The notes beneath the pieces are model-generated. The model had not been told where the DNA came from and ran no database searches. It worked only from the letters and a program-made list of their open reading frames with translations. 64,000 nt of DNA from Caldisericota bacterium (GTDB taxonomy: Bacteria; Caldisericota; Caldisericia; JAAYUI01): positions 1-64,000 of the forward strand of contig JAKPMO010000026.1 of NCBI GenBank assembly GCA_029548865.1, in the 5' to 3' direction. Shown here piece after piece: positions 37,949 to 48,227 of the stretch. The first letter of the stretch is position 1, and every line of letters begins with the position of its first letter. Made by a program: the position numbers and the translations under genes.

Positions 37949-39064
37949 ATGGAAAACACTGACTACATAAAAGCTTTTGATGGCTCGATTTCTGGACTAT
38001 TCAGGGACGCGACCAGGATAACACTTTCATCGCCGCGCCGCGCAATCTTCTTTGGAAAAATGCTTTTGGCACAGCTTAGGGCTTCAAAAGTGCGCGATAA
38101 ACTGCTTAGGGAAGAGAACCTGAGGGTGCCACCGCTTTCTATAATCAGTGTTACCAGACAGTGCAACCTCCATTGCAAGGGGTGCTATGCACATGCACAG
38201 GACAGGATAGGCGGGGAGGGACTCACAAGCGAAAAGCTTTTTGATGTCATTGCCCAGGCCGATGATATTGGCATGAGGATTGCCGTCATTGTTGGAGGGG
38301 AGCCTTTTACCAGAAATGACCTGTTTAGGCTTGCCCAATCACACAAGGACATGGTATTTGCCGTTTTTACAAATGGCCTGCTGTTTGATGATGATGCAAT
38401 TGCCCTTCTCAAACGCACCCCAAACCTTGTTCCGATAATAAGCATTGAAGGTGGCAAGGAGGAAACTGACAGAAGAAGGGGTGATGGTACTTTTGAAAAA
38501 GTCCATGAAGTGATGCGCAAGCTCAAGAGGGCGGGAGTGTTCTATGGCAACTCGATAACAGTCACTTCAGAGAATACTGATCTTGTGACATCCGGTGCTT
38601 TTGTGGAGGGACTCCTGCACCTTGGATCAAGGATTTTCTTTTATGTGGAGTATGTTCCTTTTGAAGCAGGCACGCAAAATAGTGTTCCAAGTGATGCCCA
38701 AAGGGTCCAGCTTGTCGAGAGCGTAAAATCATTCAGAAAACGCTTCCCGGGCCTTTTTATCGCCTTCCCAGGTGAAGAAAACGAATCGACAGGTTGTCTT
38801 GCTGCAGGAAAAGGTTTTGTGCACATAAGCGCGAGGGGTGAAGTCGAACCTTGTCCATTCGCGCCTTTCTCGGACTCGTCACTGCAGAACATGACCCTGA
38901 AGAACGCCCTTCGCTCGGAATTCCTCAGAAAGATCAGGGAATCACATGGGATGCTCGATGAGAGCGGGGGTTGTGCGCTATTCAACCAGAGAGTATGGCT
39001 TGAGAGAGAGCTTGGGGCATGCGGGAAAGAACCTTGCAACACAAAAGAGAAGGTTGCTGTATGA
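37949..39064 (+). CDS. Radical SAM protein with short SPASM/twitch domain
   Basis: CNLHCKGC, GGEP, FTNG, CLAAG.GF.HI...G.VEPCPF. Confidence 0.85.
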   Translation: MENTDYIKAFDGSISGLFRDATRITLSSPRRAIFFGKMLLAQLRASKVRDKLLREENLRVPPLSIISVTRQCNLHCKGCYAHAQDRIGGEGLTSEKLFDVIAQADDIGMRIAVIVGGEPFTRNDLFRLAQSHKDMVFAVFTNGLLFDDDAIALLKRTPNLVPIISIEGGKEETDRRRGDGTFEKVHEVMRKLKRAGVFYGNSITVTSENTDLVTSGAFVEGLLHLGSRIFFYVEYVPFEAGTQNSVPSDAQRVQLVESVKSFRKRFPGLFIAFPGEENESTGCLAAGKGFVHISARGEVEPCPFAPFSDSSLQNMTLKNALRSEFLRKIRESHGMLDESGGCALFNQRVWLERELGACGKEPCNTKEKVAV

Positions 39065-39115
39065 AGATAATTCTTCGGTAAACCTTGGCCTTGAACAAGT
39101 TGTTTGAGTGATCTC

Positions 39116-39152
39116 ATTTGCCAGTGTGCTCACCTTGAGCACACTGGCAAAT
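39116..39152. terminator. 17-bp perfect hairpin, likely terminator
   Basis: ATTTGCCAGTGTGCTCA-CCT-TGAGCACACTGGCAAAT followed by CTTTT. Confidence 0.8.
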
Positions 39153-39242
39153 CTTTTATTTGGGGATGGATCAATTTGAAACAGGAATTCCAAAAAAGCA
39201 ATGTTTGACAATTTGAACTGACTTGGATAGAAGATAAATTCA

Positions 39243-39261
39243 TATACCCTATATAGGTATA
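39243..39261. promoter_or_regulatory. CsoR/RcnR-type operator-like palindrome
   Basis: TATACC-CTATATA-GGTATA in an AT-rich promoter region. Confidence 0.55.
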
Positions 39262-39368
39262 CTTGATATTTTAATATATGGTATAGTATTTTATCTTTAA
39301 TAAAATGGATGGTATATCTGACTCTAGTTTGTTATAATTCTACCATTAGAGAGTGAGAGGAGGAAAAG

Positions 39369-40196
39369 GTGGAAGAAAAAGTTGTTCCCAGAAAACCAAA
39401 GTATTTTTTCAAATGGAGGTATTTAAGGTATCTTTCCCAGGCGATATTTGCTGGCTCAGTGATTTTTCTTTCGTGGAGGCACCTTGCTTTTGCGACGAAA
39501 ATGGCGGGGCCAATCGATACTTACTGTCCTTTTGGAGGGTTTGTCACACTTCCAAAACTTGCAATGACTGGAGAGTTCGTCAGGCGCACAAGCGATTCGA
39601 ACGTTGTTTTGCTGATCGGCCTTGTTGTTGCCGTACTGGTTTTCGGTGGCGCTTTTTGTGGATGGGCCTGTCCTCTTGGCGGAGTGTTTGAATGGCTTTA
39701 TAGGCTCAGATTGAAGCTGTTTAAAAAACGCATCGAGCTCCCAAGGAAGCTCCATAATGTGCTTAGATGGTTCAGGTACGTTGTTCTGGCACTCATTCTG
39801 GCAATGACAATAATCAAGGCCGATCTGTGGTTTAAAGCTTACGATCCATACAGCATTCTGTTCACCTGGGGACATGCCGCAGATATTGTCGGAATAATAA
39901 TTCTTGTAGTTTTACTTCTTGGGTCGCTCTTTGTGGAGAGGTTTTTCTGTCTTTACCTATGTCCGCTTGGCGGGTTGATCCATCCGTTTGCAAAGGTTTC
40001 TGCCACTGGGATCAAAAGATATGAGGATATTTGCATCAATTGTGGAATATGCGACAAGGTTTGCCCTTACAGGATACCGGTGAGCAAGCAGGTAAAAATA
40101 GACAGAGGTTCATGCATCGAATGTATGAACTGTATTGAAGAGTGCCCTGCACCTGGCTCACTTGAGTTCACAATCGGGTATGGAGGTGGAAAATGA
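39369..40196 (+). CDS. Membrane 4Fe-4S binding protein (NapH/FixG/YccM-like)
   Basis: CPFGG, FCGWACPLG, FCLYLCPLG, and two CxxCxxCxxxCP motifs. Confidence 0.9.
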   Translation: MEEKVVPRKPKYFFKWRYLRYLSQAIFAGSVIFLSWRHLAFATKMAGPIDTYCPFGGFVTLPKLAMTGEFVRRTSDSNVVLLIGLVVAVLVFGGAFCGWACPLGGVFEWLYRLRLKLFKKRIELPRKLHNVLRWFRYVVLALILAMTIIKADLWFKAYDPYSILFTWGHAADIVGIIILVVLLLGSLFVERFFCLYLCPLGGLIHPFAKVSATGIKRYEDICINCGICDKVCPYRIPVSKQVKIDRGSCIECMNCIEECPAPGSLEFTIGYGGGK

Positions 40197-41023
40197 AACT
40201 GAGACCATATGCCCTTGCAGGATTTCTTTTCCTTGGTGTTTTCCTGCTTGCCATTGTCGTTGGAATGGCAATCGGAAAGTGGAACCCGGCTGGAATTGGT
40301 GAAACAGGAACTGAGGAACTGGGTGAAGAGCATGAAGAAACAACAACTCTTCCAGAGCTTCATGGCTACATGAATCTGCTTGAATACCTAAAAGAAAATG
40401 GCATTTCTCCAGAGTGTGTGGCGCAAAAGCTTGGTGTTGCTGAATCTGAACTCAATATAGAGGCAAGGACTATTGCCGAGAAACTTGGTCTGGAAACCTA
40501 TCAGCTACCCGAAAAGTATAAAGATTGCCTGCCTGCACAGGAAAAGGATGGGGAAGAAAAAGACGAAGGTCGGGGAATTCCAGAGTTTAAGGGTTATATG
40601 AATTTCCTGGATTGGCTTGAGAACAATGGTTACTCAACCGATTGTGTCGCCTCAAAACTTGGCATTCCCATGATGCAGCTTGATGCAGAGGGTAAACAGA
40701 TTGCTGACATGTTGAAGGTAACACCAGAGGACCTGCCGAAAATGGTCCAAGACTGCAGAGGACTCCCACCAAAAGACCAACAGCCTGCACCAGGTGATAA
40801 TGGGAGCCAGCCATCAGGGCAACTGCCATCTATAGGAAATGCTAGTAATATGCCTGGGTATTACAAATCAAATGGTATTGTGGATCAACTGAAAACAAAT
40901 AAATCAAATACGCAAAAAGCTATTGATGATTTGAAGAAAAAAACTGAAGAAAAAAGGAAGGCCGTTGAGGATTTGTTGAAGACCTTTGAAGATAAAGCCA
41001 AGAATATTGATAAAAAAAGATAG
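40193..41023 (+). CDS. Membrane-anchored hypothetical protein with two internal ~60-aa repeats
   Basis: PELHGYMNLLEYLKENG..ECVAQKLG...KDC versus PEFKGYMNFLDWLENNG..DCVASKLG...QDC. Confidence 0.7.
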   Translation: MKLRPYALAGFLFLGVFLLAIVVGMAIGKWNPAGIGETGTEELGEEHEETTTLPELHGYMNLLEYLKENGISPECVAQKLGVAESELNIEARTIAEKLGLETYQLPEKYKDCLPAQEKDGEEKDEGRGIPEFKGYMNFLDWLENNGYSTDCVASKLGIPMMQLDAEGKQIADMLKVTPEDLPKMVQDCRGLPPKDQQPAPGDNGSQPSGQLPSIGNASNMPGYYKSNGIVDQLKTNKSNTQKAIDDLKKKTEEKRKAVEDLLKTFEDKAKNIDKKR

Positions 41024-41235
41024 TGTTAGCCCCCCCTTTATTTAATTATTAGCCAAAGCCCTCATATTGGGGGCCTTGTCATTTTACGCCAGCAATCTAT
41101 TTCTTGTCGCAATTTTCACAGGCTGGGCTTGTTGGTGGATTGCTTTTAATATAAGCTTCATGGGCAGTTTTTCTCATTTAATAGAATTTTTGTCAAGTTG
41201 AAATAAAATGTGGTCAGGTTTGCAAAGGAGACCAG

Positions 41236-42297
41236 ATGATAGATAGAAATGACATCATGAAGGCACTTGGCAACGTCATGGATCCTGAACTGGGCGTTGA
41301 CCTGGTCACCCTCGGAATGATAAGGGACGTAAAGGCGCAGGGAGACACTGTATCTGTTATAGTTGCCTTGACGGCGCCAGGCTGCCCACTCAAGAACAAG
41401 ATTGGAAAAGACATCGAAGAAGAATTGAAAAAACTCCCAGGTGTTTCCAAGGTGGAAGTTTTGTTTGGGAGCATGACAGAGGCCGAGAGAGAAAATACCT
41501 TCCAGAAATCAAAAGGGAGTCAAACACAGCAGGTCGAAGATCCTCTAAAGAAACTCTCTGGTCAGCCTATAAAAAGGATTATTGCAGTTGGCTCTGGTAA
41601 AGGTGGCGTTGGCAAATCGCTTGTGACTTCATTGCTTGCAGTTGCCGCCAGTAGAAAAGGTCTCAAGGTTGGCGTTATTGATGCCGACATAACCGGCCCT
41701 TCGATACCGACAATTTTTGGACAAAAAGGCCTTCTTGTTGCTGGAGAAAAGGGTGTCGAACCCAGAAAGACCAAAAAGGGGATCGAGATGGTTTCAATGA
41801 ATCTTCTCATTCCTGACCCAACGACTCCTGTAATCTGGAGAGGCCCAGTCCTGGCTGGTGTTTTGAGGCAATTTTATACAGATGTCAATTGGGGCAATCT
41901 TGACCTGCTCTTTGTAGACCTCCCGCCAGGAACTGCCGATGTTCCGCTGACAGTTTTCCAGATATTCCCGATTGATGGGATGGTTGTTGTGACAAGCCCT
42001 CAGGAATTGGCGAACCTTGTTGTCACTAAGGCTCTCAAGATGGCTGCTGAAATGAGCATTCCGCTTGTTGGTGTTGTGGAAAACATGACCTACTTTGTCT
42101 GCAAAGATGGCGAGAAAGTAGAAGTGTTCGGGAAATCCAGGGTGCAGGAAAGATGCAAGGAACAGGGTGTTCCATATCTTGGTGGCATGCCGATAGACCC
42201 GTCATACGCAAGGATTGCAGATGAGGGAGCAATTGAAGATGCAGTGATACCTCAAGCAGTTGAGGATACCCTTAAAACCATATTGGGGGAAAAATGA
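41236..42297 (+). CDS. mrp: Mrp/ApbC (NBP35) Fe-S carrier ATPase with N-terminal DUF59
   Basis: V.DPELG..LV.LG, LT.PGCP, SGKGGVGKS, DADITGP, WRGP, DLPPGT, VENM. Confidence 0.92.
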   Translation: MIDRNDIMKALGNVMDPELGVDLVTLGMIRDVKAQGDTVSVIVALTAPGCPLKNKIGKDIEEELKKLPGVSKVEVLFGSMTEAERENTFQKSKGSQTQQVEDPLKKLSGQPIKRIIAVGSGKGGVGKSLVTSLLAVAASRKGLKVGVIDADITGPSIPTIFGQKGLLVAGEKGVEPRKTKKGIEMVSMNLLIPDPTTPVIWRGPVLAGVLRQFYTDVNWGNLDLLFVDLPPGTADVPLTVFQIFPIDGMVVVTSPQELANLVVTKALKMAAEMSIPLVGVVENMTYFVCKDGEKVEVFGKSRVQERCKEQGVPYLGGMPIDPSYARIADEGAIEDAVIPQAVEDTLKTILGEK

Positions 42298-42527
42298 CCG
42301 AAAATAATAAAAATGCAAACATCATAACCGGAGATGAAACTTTTGGCGAAGTGATACAGAAATACCCTCAGGTAATACCGGTATTTTTCCAGTTTGGACT
42401 ACATTGTATCGGTTGCCACATAAGCGCCTATGAATCTATCAAGGATGGCGCTGCTGCTCACGGTGTCGAAATTGAAAAACTCATTGAGGCCCTGAACAAG
42501 GCGATAAACGAGCCAAAAAAAGACTAG
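42294..42527 (+). CDS. DUF1858 domain protein
   Basis: I....TFGE...KYP....F...GLHC.GC....ESI..GA..HG. Confidence 0.85.
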   Translation: MTENNKNANIITGDETFGEVIQKYPQVIPVFFQFGLHCIGCHISAYESIKDGAAAHGVEIEKLIEALNKAINEPKKD

Positions 42528-42576
42528 GGGCTATTTACTTTTGCCAAAAAACACATATCTGTAATCCCAAAGAGCA

Positions 42577-44754
42577 ATGCGTAAACTTGCACTCGCAATA
42601 GTTGTTTTTTGGGTGGCAACCAGTCCTGTCCAGGCTTTCCCTTTGGGATGGCCTTCGTACAGACATGATCACTCGCATTCCGGGGCTTCTGATATCCCTT
42701 TGTCGCCCCCGCTTGTCCAGTCATGGTCATATCAGGTCGGCAGTGAGCTGTCCACAGAGGCTGTAAGTTCTGGTCCAAGAGTTTATGTGGGCTCAAAAAA
42801 GCTCTATTGTTTTGACAAAGACAGAGAGGCAGATAATCTTCTGTGGTCGCTTGACGTTCCATCTGAAATAACCACTACACCATTTACAACCTTCGACACT
42901 GTTATCTTTGCTTCTCAAGATGGTTTTATAACAGCCATCGACACTGAAGCAAGAAGCCAGAGATGGAAAATGCAGATAGGTAAGGTACAAAGGGGCATTG
43001 GCTCCTACAAAGAATCTTGCATTTTTGGAAACGAGAAGGGTGACCTCCTGAGTGTTGATATAAAAACGGGCCAAGTAAATTTCAAAGTAAACATATTGTG
43101 CCCAATTTCTGTTCCGCCCTGCATTGCAGATGACAAGATTTTTGTTTGCTGTGATGCCGGGAAACTTTATTGCCTGAACGCAAGCAATGGTGCTTTTATC
43201 TGGAAAAGTGATGTCACAACATCAGATGTGATAGGCGGGATGCTCTACCATGAAGGCGCAATATATTTTGGCAGTTATGACAACAGGGTTTATGCAGTTT
43301 CTGCAAGTGATGGCAAGACAATCTGGTCAAAAAAAGTTGATGGCTGGATAGGTGCGCATCCAGTTGCTGTAGGAAACGAGATTTTTGTAAGATCAAAACT
43401 CAGCACATTGTGGTGCTTTGATTCAAAAAGTGGTGAAACCATCTGGCATTTTCCCCATGAACCAACTAAGACTGAGCCAGTCGTTTCTGGTGATTACATT
43501 TATATTGGATCAAATCGCCGGATAGTCGCTTTTTCTGTCTCAAAAAGGATCGAAATCTGGTACTTTGAATTTGCCAAAGAACAACCCACCTCACTTTCAA
43601 TGTCAGGGGACAGACTTCTGGTTGGTACAAATGGTGGGCGCATCTACTGCCTAAGGGCCGGGCCAGGTTTTGAACTCTCCAGTGACAAGATCGACCTTGA
43701 GGTCATGACCACTGACGAACGCCCCTCGTTTGAACTCTCAGTAAAAAACAATAGAGAAGACCGTTGGCCTTCGATGCTAGTCGGAGATGTCACGACCGAT
43801 TACCCATGGATGGTGCTTGAAGACAAAGTTTTCAAGTTGAGGACTGGTGAAAGCAAAAAGTTTATAATCAACATAAAACTTGACGAACTCAACAAGGTTG
43901 GCGTCCATGACGGAAAGCTTTATGTCAGGTACCTTTATGGTGTAAATGAGGCCCTTCCGGGAGAGGAACCAGAAACAGTGGTCATAGTTCCAGTGACTTT
44001 AAAATATATAGACCCATTCCCACCCAAAATATGTGTTGAAAAAGAAACTATAGATGTCGGAGCGGTAACGCTTGGCCAAACAAAGAAGGCCAATTTTGTA
44101 ATAAAAAATTGCGGAAAGGGAAAGCTCGTTTTTTCTCTGAATGCGCAATCGCTTGAGGGTTGGCTGAGGATTGTTGACAACCAGCCAACATTCTCCCTGA
44201 TGCCGGATGAGACAAAAATTGTTACAGTGGAAGTTGCCGCTTATGGCTTTGCTATTGAGCCTGGCGATGACTGTCAAAAGACGGGGGTAATTGAAATTCA
44301 AAGCAACACCGAACAAAGTGTTATTCCTCTTACTGTTACCTGCAGGATTTATGACATGGTTTTGCCCACCGTTGTTTCGATTCCTATTGGTTCAAACAAA
44401 GCCAGCATAAACGGGAAAAAAGTTGATGTTACCCCACCCTCCTATGTCTCCGGGTCAAGAACGATGGTGCCACTGCGAATCATTGCAGAGGCCTTTTTTG
44501 CAAGGGTATCATGGGATCCGTCTGACAGAAGCATCACAATAACAAATTGTACAAGCCAGTCGAGGTTTACCGTTGGCAGCAAAAAAGTTGAGATCATTGG
44601 AATGGGCGAGGTCAAGACAACGACAATCGATTCACCCCCCGAAATCAGGTCGGGCAAGACCTTTATCCCTTTACGTGCCGTCTCTGATATTCTTGGCGCA
44701 TCGATTGCCTGGGAACAGAAAACAAAAACAGTTACGATAACATATAGTCCCTGA
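42577..44754 (+). CDS. Secreted PQQ-type beta-propeller + Ig-like + copper amine oxidase N-terminal-like domain protein
   Basis: Signal peptide, WP.YR.D..HSG, propeller blades, GSRTMVPLR.IAE, GKTFIPLRAVS. Confidence 0.85.
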   Translation: MRKLALAIVVFWVATSPVQAFPLGWPSYRHDHSHSGASDIPLSPPLVQSWSYQVGSELSTEAVSSGPRVYVGSKKLYCFDKDREADNLLWSLDVPSEITTTPFTTFDTVIFASQDGFITAIDTEARSQRWKMQIGKVQRGIGSYKESCIFGNEKGDLLSVDIKTGQVNFKVNILCPISVPPCIADDKIFVCCDAGKLYCLNASNGAFIWKSDVTTSDVIGGMLYHEGAIYFGSYDNRVYAVSASDGKTIWSKKVDGWIGAHPVAVGNEIFVRSKLSTLWCFDSKSGETIWHFPHEPTKTEPVVSGDYIYIGSNRRIVAFSVSKRIEIWYFEFAKEQPTSLSMSGDRLLVGTNGGRIYCLRAGPGFELSSDKIDLEVMTTDERPSFELSVKNNREDRWPSMLVGDVTTDYPWMVLEDKVFKLRTGESKKFIINIKLDELNKVGVHDGKLYVRYLYGVNEALPGEEPETVVIVPVTLKYIDPFPPKICVEKETIDVGAVTLGQTKKANFVIKNCGKGKLVFSLNAQSLEGWLRIVDNQPTFSLMPDETKIVTVEVAAYGFAIEPGDDCQKTGVIEIQSNTEQSVIPLTVTCRIYDMVLPTVVSIPIGSNKASINGKKVDVTPPSYVSGSRTMVPLRIIAEAFFARVSWDPSDRSITITNCTSQSRFTVGSKKVEIIGMGEVKTTTIDSPPEIRSGKTFIPLRAVSDILGASIAWEQKTKTVTITYSP

Positions 44755-46952
44755 TGACAAAGAGGATTGTTTTCAGGGGGACAGTTCAAGGTGTTGGTTT
44801 CAGGCCATTTGTTTGGAGAGTTGCTGATTCTTTTGGCCTCAAAGGTTTTGTCAGGAACATTGGCAACGGCGTAGAGGCTGTTTTTTGTGGAGAATCCTCT
44901 GCGATCCAGAATGCAATCGAAATGATAAGAACTTCTCCACCGCCACAAGCAATCATTGAATCAGTAGAAGTTGCTGATTTCGAAGGGGATTACAAAGACC
45001 TTAAGATCCTCGAAACACCAGAGGGTGCTCCATCATCGGTGCTTGTGCCGCCTGACATAGGCATTTGTGACGATTGTCGAAGGGAACTTCTGGACCCAAA
45101 AGACCCAAGACATTTACATCCTTTCATATCTTGCACAAATTGTGGGCCGAGACTTTCGATAATAAGAAGATTGCCCTATGACAGACACACCATTTCTCAG
45201 GGTGATTTTGATCTTTGCGACAGATGCAGGAATGAATATGTGAACCCATTGGACAGGCGCTACCATGCCCAGACCATCGCTTGCCCTGATTGTGGTCCGA
45301 CTGTTTTTATGGGAGAGCTGAGGGGGCAGGAGGCAATCCTGGGAGCAAAAAAGAGTCTTCTTGCTGGTGAAATTGTTGCGATCAAGGGAATTGGTGGCTT
45401 TCATCTGGCATGCATTGCCACCAATGAAGCCTCGGTCAACGCTTTAAGAATGCTCAAGAACAGAGGCAATGAGCCGATGGCCGTCATGTGTTTTGATATT
45501 ATTCAGGTGAGAGGGCAGGCAGAAATTGGTCTCTGTGAAGAACAGTCGCTCTCTTCCTGGAGAAAACCTGTTGTACTTTGCAAAAAATCAAACAACTACA
45601 GTCTTGCCCCATCGGTTGCACCAGGCACCGACAAGATCGGTATCTTCTTGCCTTATACACCGCTCCATGTTCTCCTGCTTGATGGCCTTCCACCAGTTGT
45701 CCTCACCTCGGCGAACCTCCATGAAGAGCCGATAATTGCTGATGGCGCAAAAAACATTATGGTAACGAAGGTTTTGGACAATGACCGTGAAATTGTTGTT
45801 CCCATTGATGATTCGGTTACAAGGTGTTTCAAGGGCAAGCAACAGCTTTTCAGAAGGGCCAGAGGATTCGTTCCGGAGACACTTCCAATTCCAAAAGGAC
45901 CAAGCATACTTGCTCTTGGTGGCCAGATGAAGAACACATTTACTTTTGCCTATGATGGAAAGGCAATGGTTTCGCACCACATCGGTGAGATGGGCAACGC
46001 GGCAACGTTTGCAAGATTTGCCGAGAGCCTTTGCCTTTTCAGAGAGTTGTTTGGTTTCAAGGAAGAATATTGTGCCCACGATGCGCACCCTTCCTACACA
46101 ACAACGGTCCACCGCAAGGAGCTTTCCAGATCTGACAGGTTTATTCCGGTATTTCACCATCATGCCCATATTGCATCGGTGATGGGCGAGCACGGACTTG
46201 ATGGCAGGGTGATAGGTGTTGCGGCCGACGGGACTGGTTTTGGGGCAGACGGGACGATATGGGGGTTTGAGTTTCTTGTTGCTTCAAGGTCAGAATTTGA
46301 GAGAATTGGTCATCTAAGGACTTTCCCGTTGCCAGGTGGCGAGATTGCGATAAAAGACTGCAGAAGAATACTTTTCTCCCTTGCTAGGCAAGCAGGGTCC
46401 AAGATTGATTTGGACATTGGCCCGCAAGAAAGGGAACTTTGGGGTGCAATGATTGACAAGGGTATAAATGCTCCTGCCACCTCGAGCCTTGGCAGGCTAT
46501 TTGACGGTTTTGCGGTTCTTGCAGGATTGGGGCAGAAGGCCACATACGAGGCGGAGCTGGCTGTGGCGCTTGAATCGGCCTATGATCCTGGCGCAAGACC
46601 TTTTAATTTTCCTGTAAGGGATTTTGGAGACCATTTCGAGGTTGACTGGACTGTTGCCCTGAAACAGGGGATCGAGAACCCAGCTTCAATATCTGGCGGA
46701 TTCCACAAGGGAATAAGTGAAGCCATCGTGAAGGGGTGTTTGTTTGCCAGGCAAAAAACCGGCCTGAAAAGAATTTGTCTCAGTGGGGGCTGTTTTCTAA
46801 ACCTTATCTTGCTGGAGCTTGTTTTTGATGCCCTTTCAAGCGAAGGTTTTGAGGTGTATACAAACATTAGTTTGCCGCCTGGCGACGGTTGCGTCAGTTT
46901 TGGCCAGGCTGTTGTTGCCCTTTCAAGGGTTGGAGGTATGCGATGTGTCTAG
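44754..46952 (+). CDS. hypF: Hydrogenase maturation carbamoyltransferase
   Basis: G.VQGVGFRP acylphosphatase domain, CxxC zinc fingers, KGIGGFHL, HH.AH, DGTG.G.DG, P.DG..S.GQ. Confidence 0.95.
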   Translation: MTKRIVFRGTVQGVGFRPFVWRVADSFGLKGFVRNIGNGVEAVFCGESSAIQNAIEMIRTSPPPQAIIESVEVADFEGDYKDLKILETPEGAPSSVLVPPDIGICDDCRRELLDPKDPRHLHPFISCTNCGPRLSIIRRLPYDRHTISQGDFDLCDRCRNEYVNPLDRRYHAQTIACPDCGPTVFMGELRGQEAILGAKKSLLAGEIVAIKGIGGFHLACIATNEASVNALRMLKNRGNEPMAVMCFDIIQVRGQAEIGLCEEQSLSSWRKPVVLCKKSNNYSLAPSVAPGTDKIGIFLPYTPLHVLLLDGLPPVVLTSANLHEEPIIADGAKNIMVTKVLDNDREIVVPIDDSVTRCFKGKQQLFRRARGFVPETLPIPKGPSILALGGQMKNTFTFAYDGKAMVSHHIGEMGNAATFARFAESLCLFRELFGFKEEYCAHDAHPSYTTTVHRKELSRSDRFIPVFHHHAHIASVMGEHGLDGRVIGVAADGTGFGADGTIWGFEFLVASRSEFERIGHLRTFPLPGGEIAIKDCRRILFSLARQAGSKIDLDIGPQERELWGAMIDKGINAPATSSLGRLFDGFAVLAGLGQKATYEAELAVALESAYDPGARPFNFPVRDFGDHFEVDWTVALKQGIENPASISGGFHKGISEAIVKGCLFARQKTGLKRICLSGGCFLNLILLELVFDALSSEGFEVYTNISLPPGDGCVSFGQAVVALSRVGGMRCV

Positions 46953-47167
46953 CTGTACCAGCAAAGATATGCGAAAAGAACGGGCTTGATGCCACTGTCG
47001 AATTCGGTGGAATAAAAAGGCAGGTAAGGCTTGATCTTTTGCCGGATGCCGAGGTTGGCGAGTTTGTACTTTTGCACACAGGTTTTGCAATAGAAAAAGT
47101 AAACAAGGAAGAGGCAGAGAACATACTCAAAACGATTCAGGAGGTGTTTGGTGACGTCCCAGTCTGA
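46943..47167 (+). CDS. hypC: Hydrogenase assembly chaperone
   Basis: MCLAVPAK...VL.H.GFAI. Confidence 0.95.
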   Translation: MCLAVPAKICEKNGLDATVEFGGIKRQVRLDLLPDAEVGEFVLLHTGFAIEKVNKEEAENILKTIQEVFGDVPV

Positions 47168-48227
47168 TGTTGCCCTCAAGCTCCGGGGGATGATCGAGGA
47201 GCTTGCCGTCTCCCCAATGACCTTGATGGAGGTGTGTGGAACACACACCCATGCAATATTTGCCAATGGCATCAGGGCACTCCTTCCCAAAACAATAAAG
47301 ATCATATCCGGGCCTGGCTGTCCTGTTTGCGTCACATCACAGTCTGATGTGGACAGGATGATATGGCTTGCCTCGCAAAAGAATGTTGTAATCTGCACTT
47401 TTGGCGACATGATAAAAGTGCCTGGAAAAGGTGGCTCGCTTGCGGTTGCAAGGTCAATGGGTTCAAACATAAGGGTCATGTATTCTCCCTTTGATGTGAT
47501 TGAATGGGCCAGACAGGAAAAAGGAAAAGAATTTGTCCTTGTTGGTGTTGGTTTTGAGACGACCACCCCTGGTTTTGCAGCAACCATAAAACAGTCAAAA
47601 GCACTTGGTATAAAAAACTTGTCCATACTTTCCCTCAACAAGACTGTTCCGGAGGCACTCAGGGCGCTTGCACAGTCTGGTGAGGTGAAGCTGGATGGAT
47701 TGATTTTGCCGGGCCATGTCTCAGCGATCATTGGCCTCGGACCTTATGGATTCCTGGCAAAAGAATTTGGTGTTCCCGGGGTTGTGACCGGGTTTGAAGG
47801 TTTCGACATTCTTTACGGACTGGCCGTTCTTGTAAAAATGATAGCAGAGAAAAAACCTGCAATAGTCAATACTTACACGAGGTCTGTCAAGCCAGATGGC
47901 AATCCAACCGCAATGTCACTTATGGGTGAGGTTTTTGACAAATCACCTGCAGTCTGGAGGGGCATCGGGACAATCGAAGGCTCGGGGCTTGCATTGTCTG
48001 GTGAATATGCTGGTTTTGATGCGGCAAAACGGTTTGAAATGCCCAATTTTCCTGATGAAGAACCAAAAGGGTGCCTCTGTGGGAAGGTGATTACAGGTGC
48101 AGTCACTCCGGAGGAGTGCCCATTGTTTGGTGTTTCGTGCACTCCGTCAGACCCGGTTGGTCCCTGCATGGTTTCAGGTGAGGGCACATGTTCAGCGTAT
48201 TTCAAATTCAGAAAGGGCCTCAGATGA
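47151..48227 (+). CDS. hypD: Hydrogenase formation protein
   Basis: MEVCGTHT, GPGCPVC, GFETT, PGHVS, GPCMVS.EG.C. Confidence 0.95.
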   Translation: MTSQSDVALKLRGMIEELAVSPMTLMEVCGTHTHAIFANGIRALLPKTIKIISGPGCPVCVTSQSDVDRMIWLASQKNVVICTFGDMIKVPGKGGSLAVARSMGSNIRVMYSPFDVIEWARQEKGKEFVLVGVGFETTTPGFAATIKQSKALGIKNLSILSLNKTVPEALRALAQSGEVKLDGLILPGHVSAIIGLGPYGFLAKEFGVPGVVTGFEGFDILYGLAVLVKMIAEKKPAIVNTYTRSVKPDGNPTAMSLMGEVFDKSPAVWRGIGTIEGSGLALSGEYAGFDAAKRFEMPNFPDEEPKGCLCGKVITGAVTPEECPLFGVSCTPSDPVGPCMVSGEGTCSAYFKFRKGLR

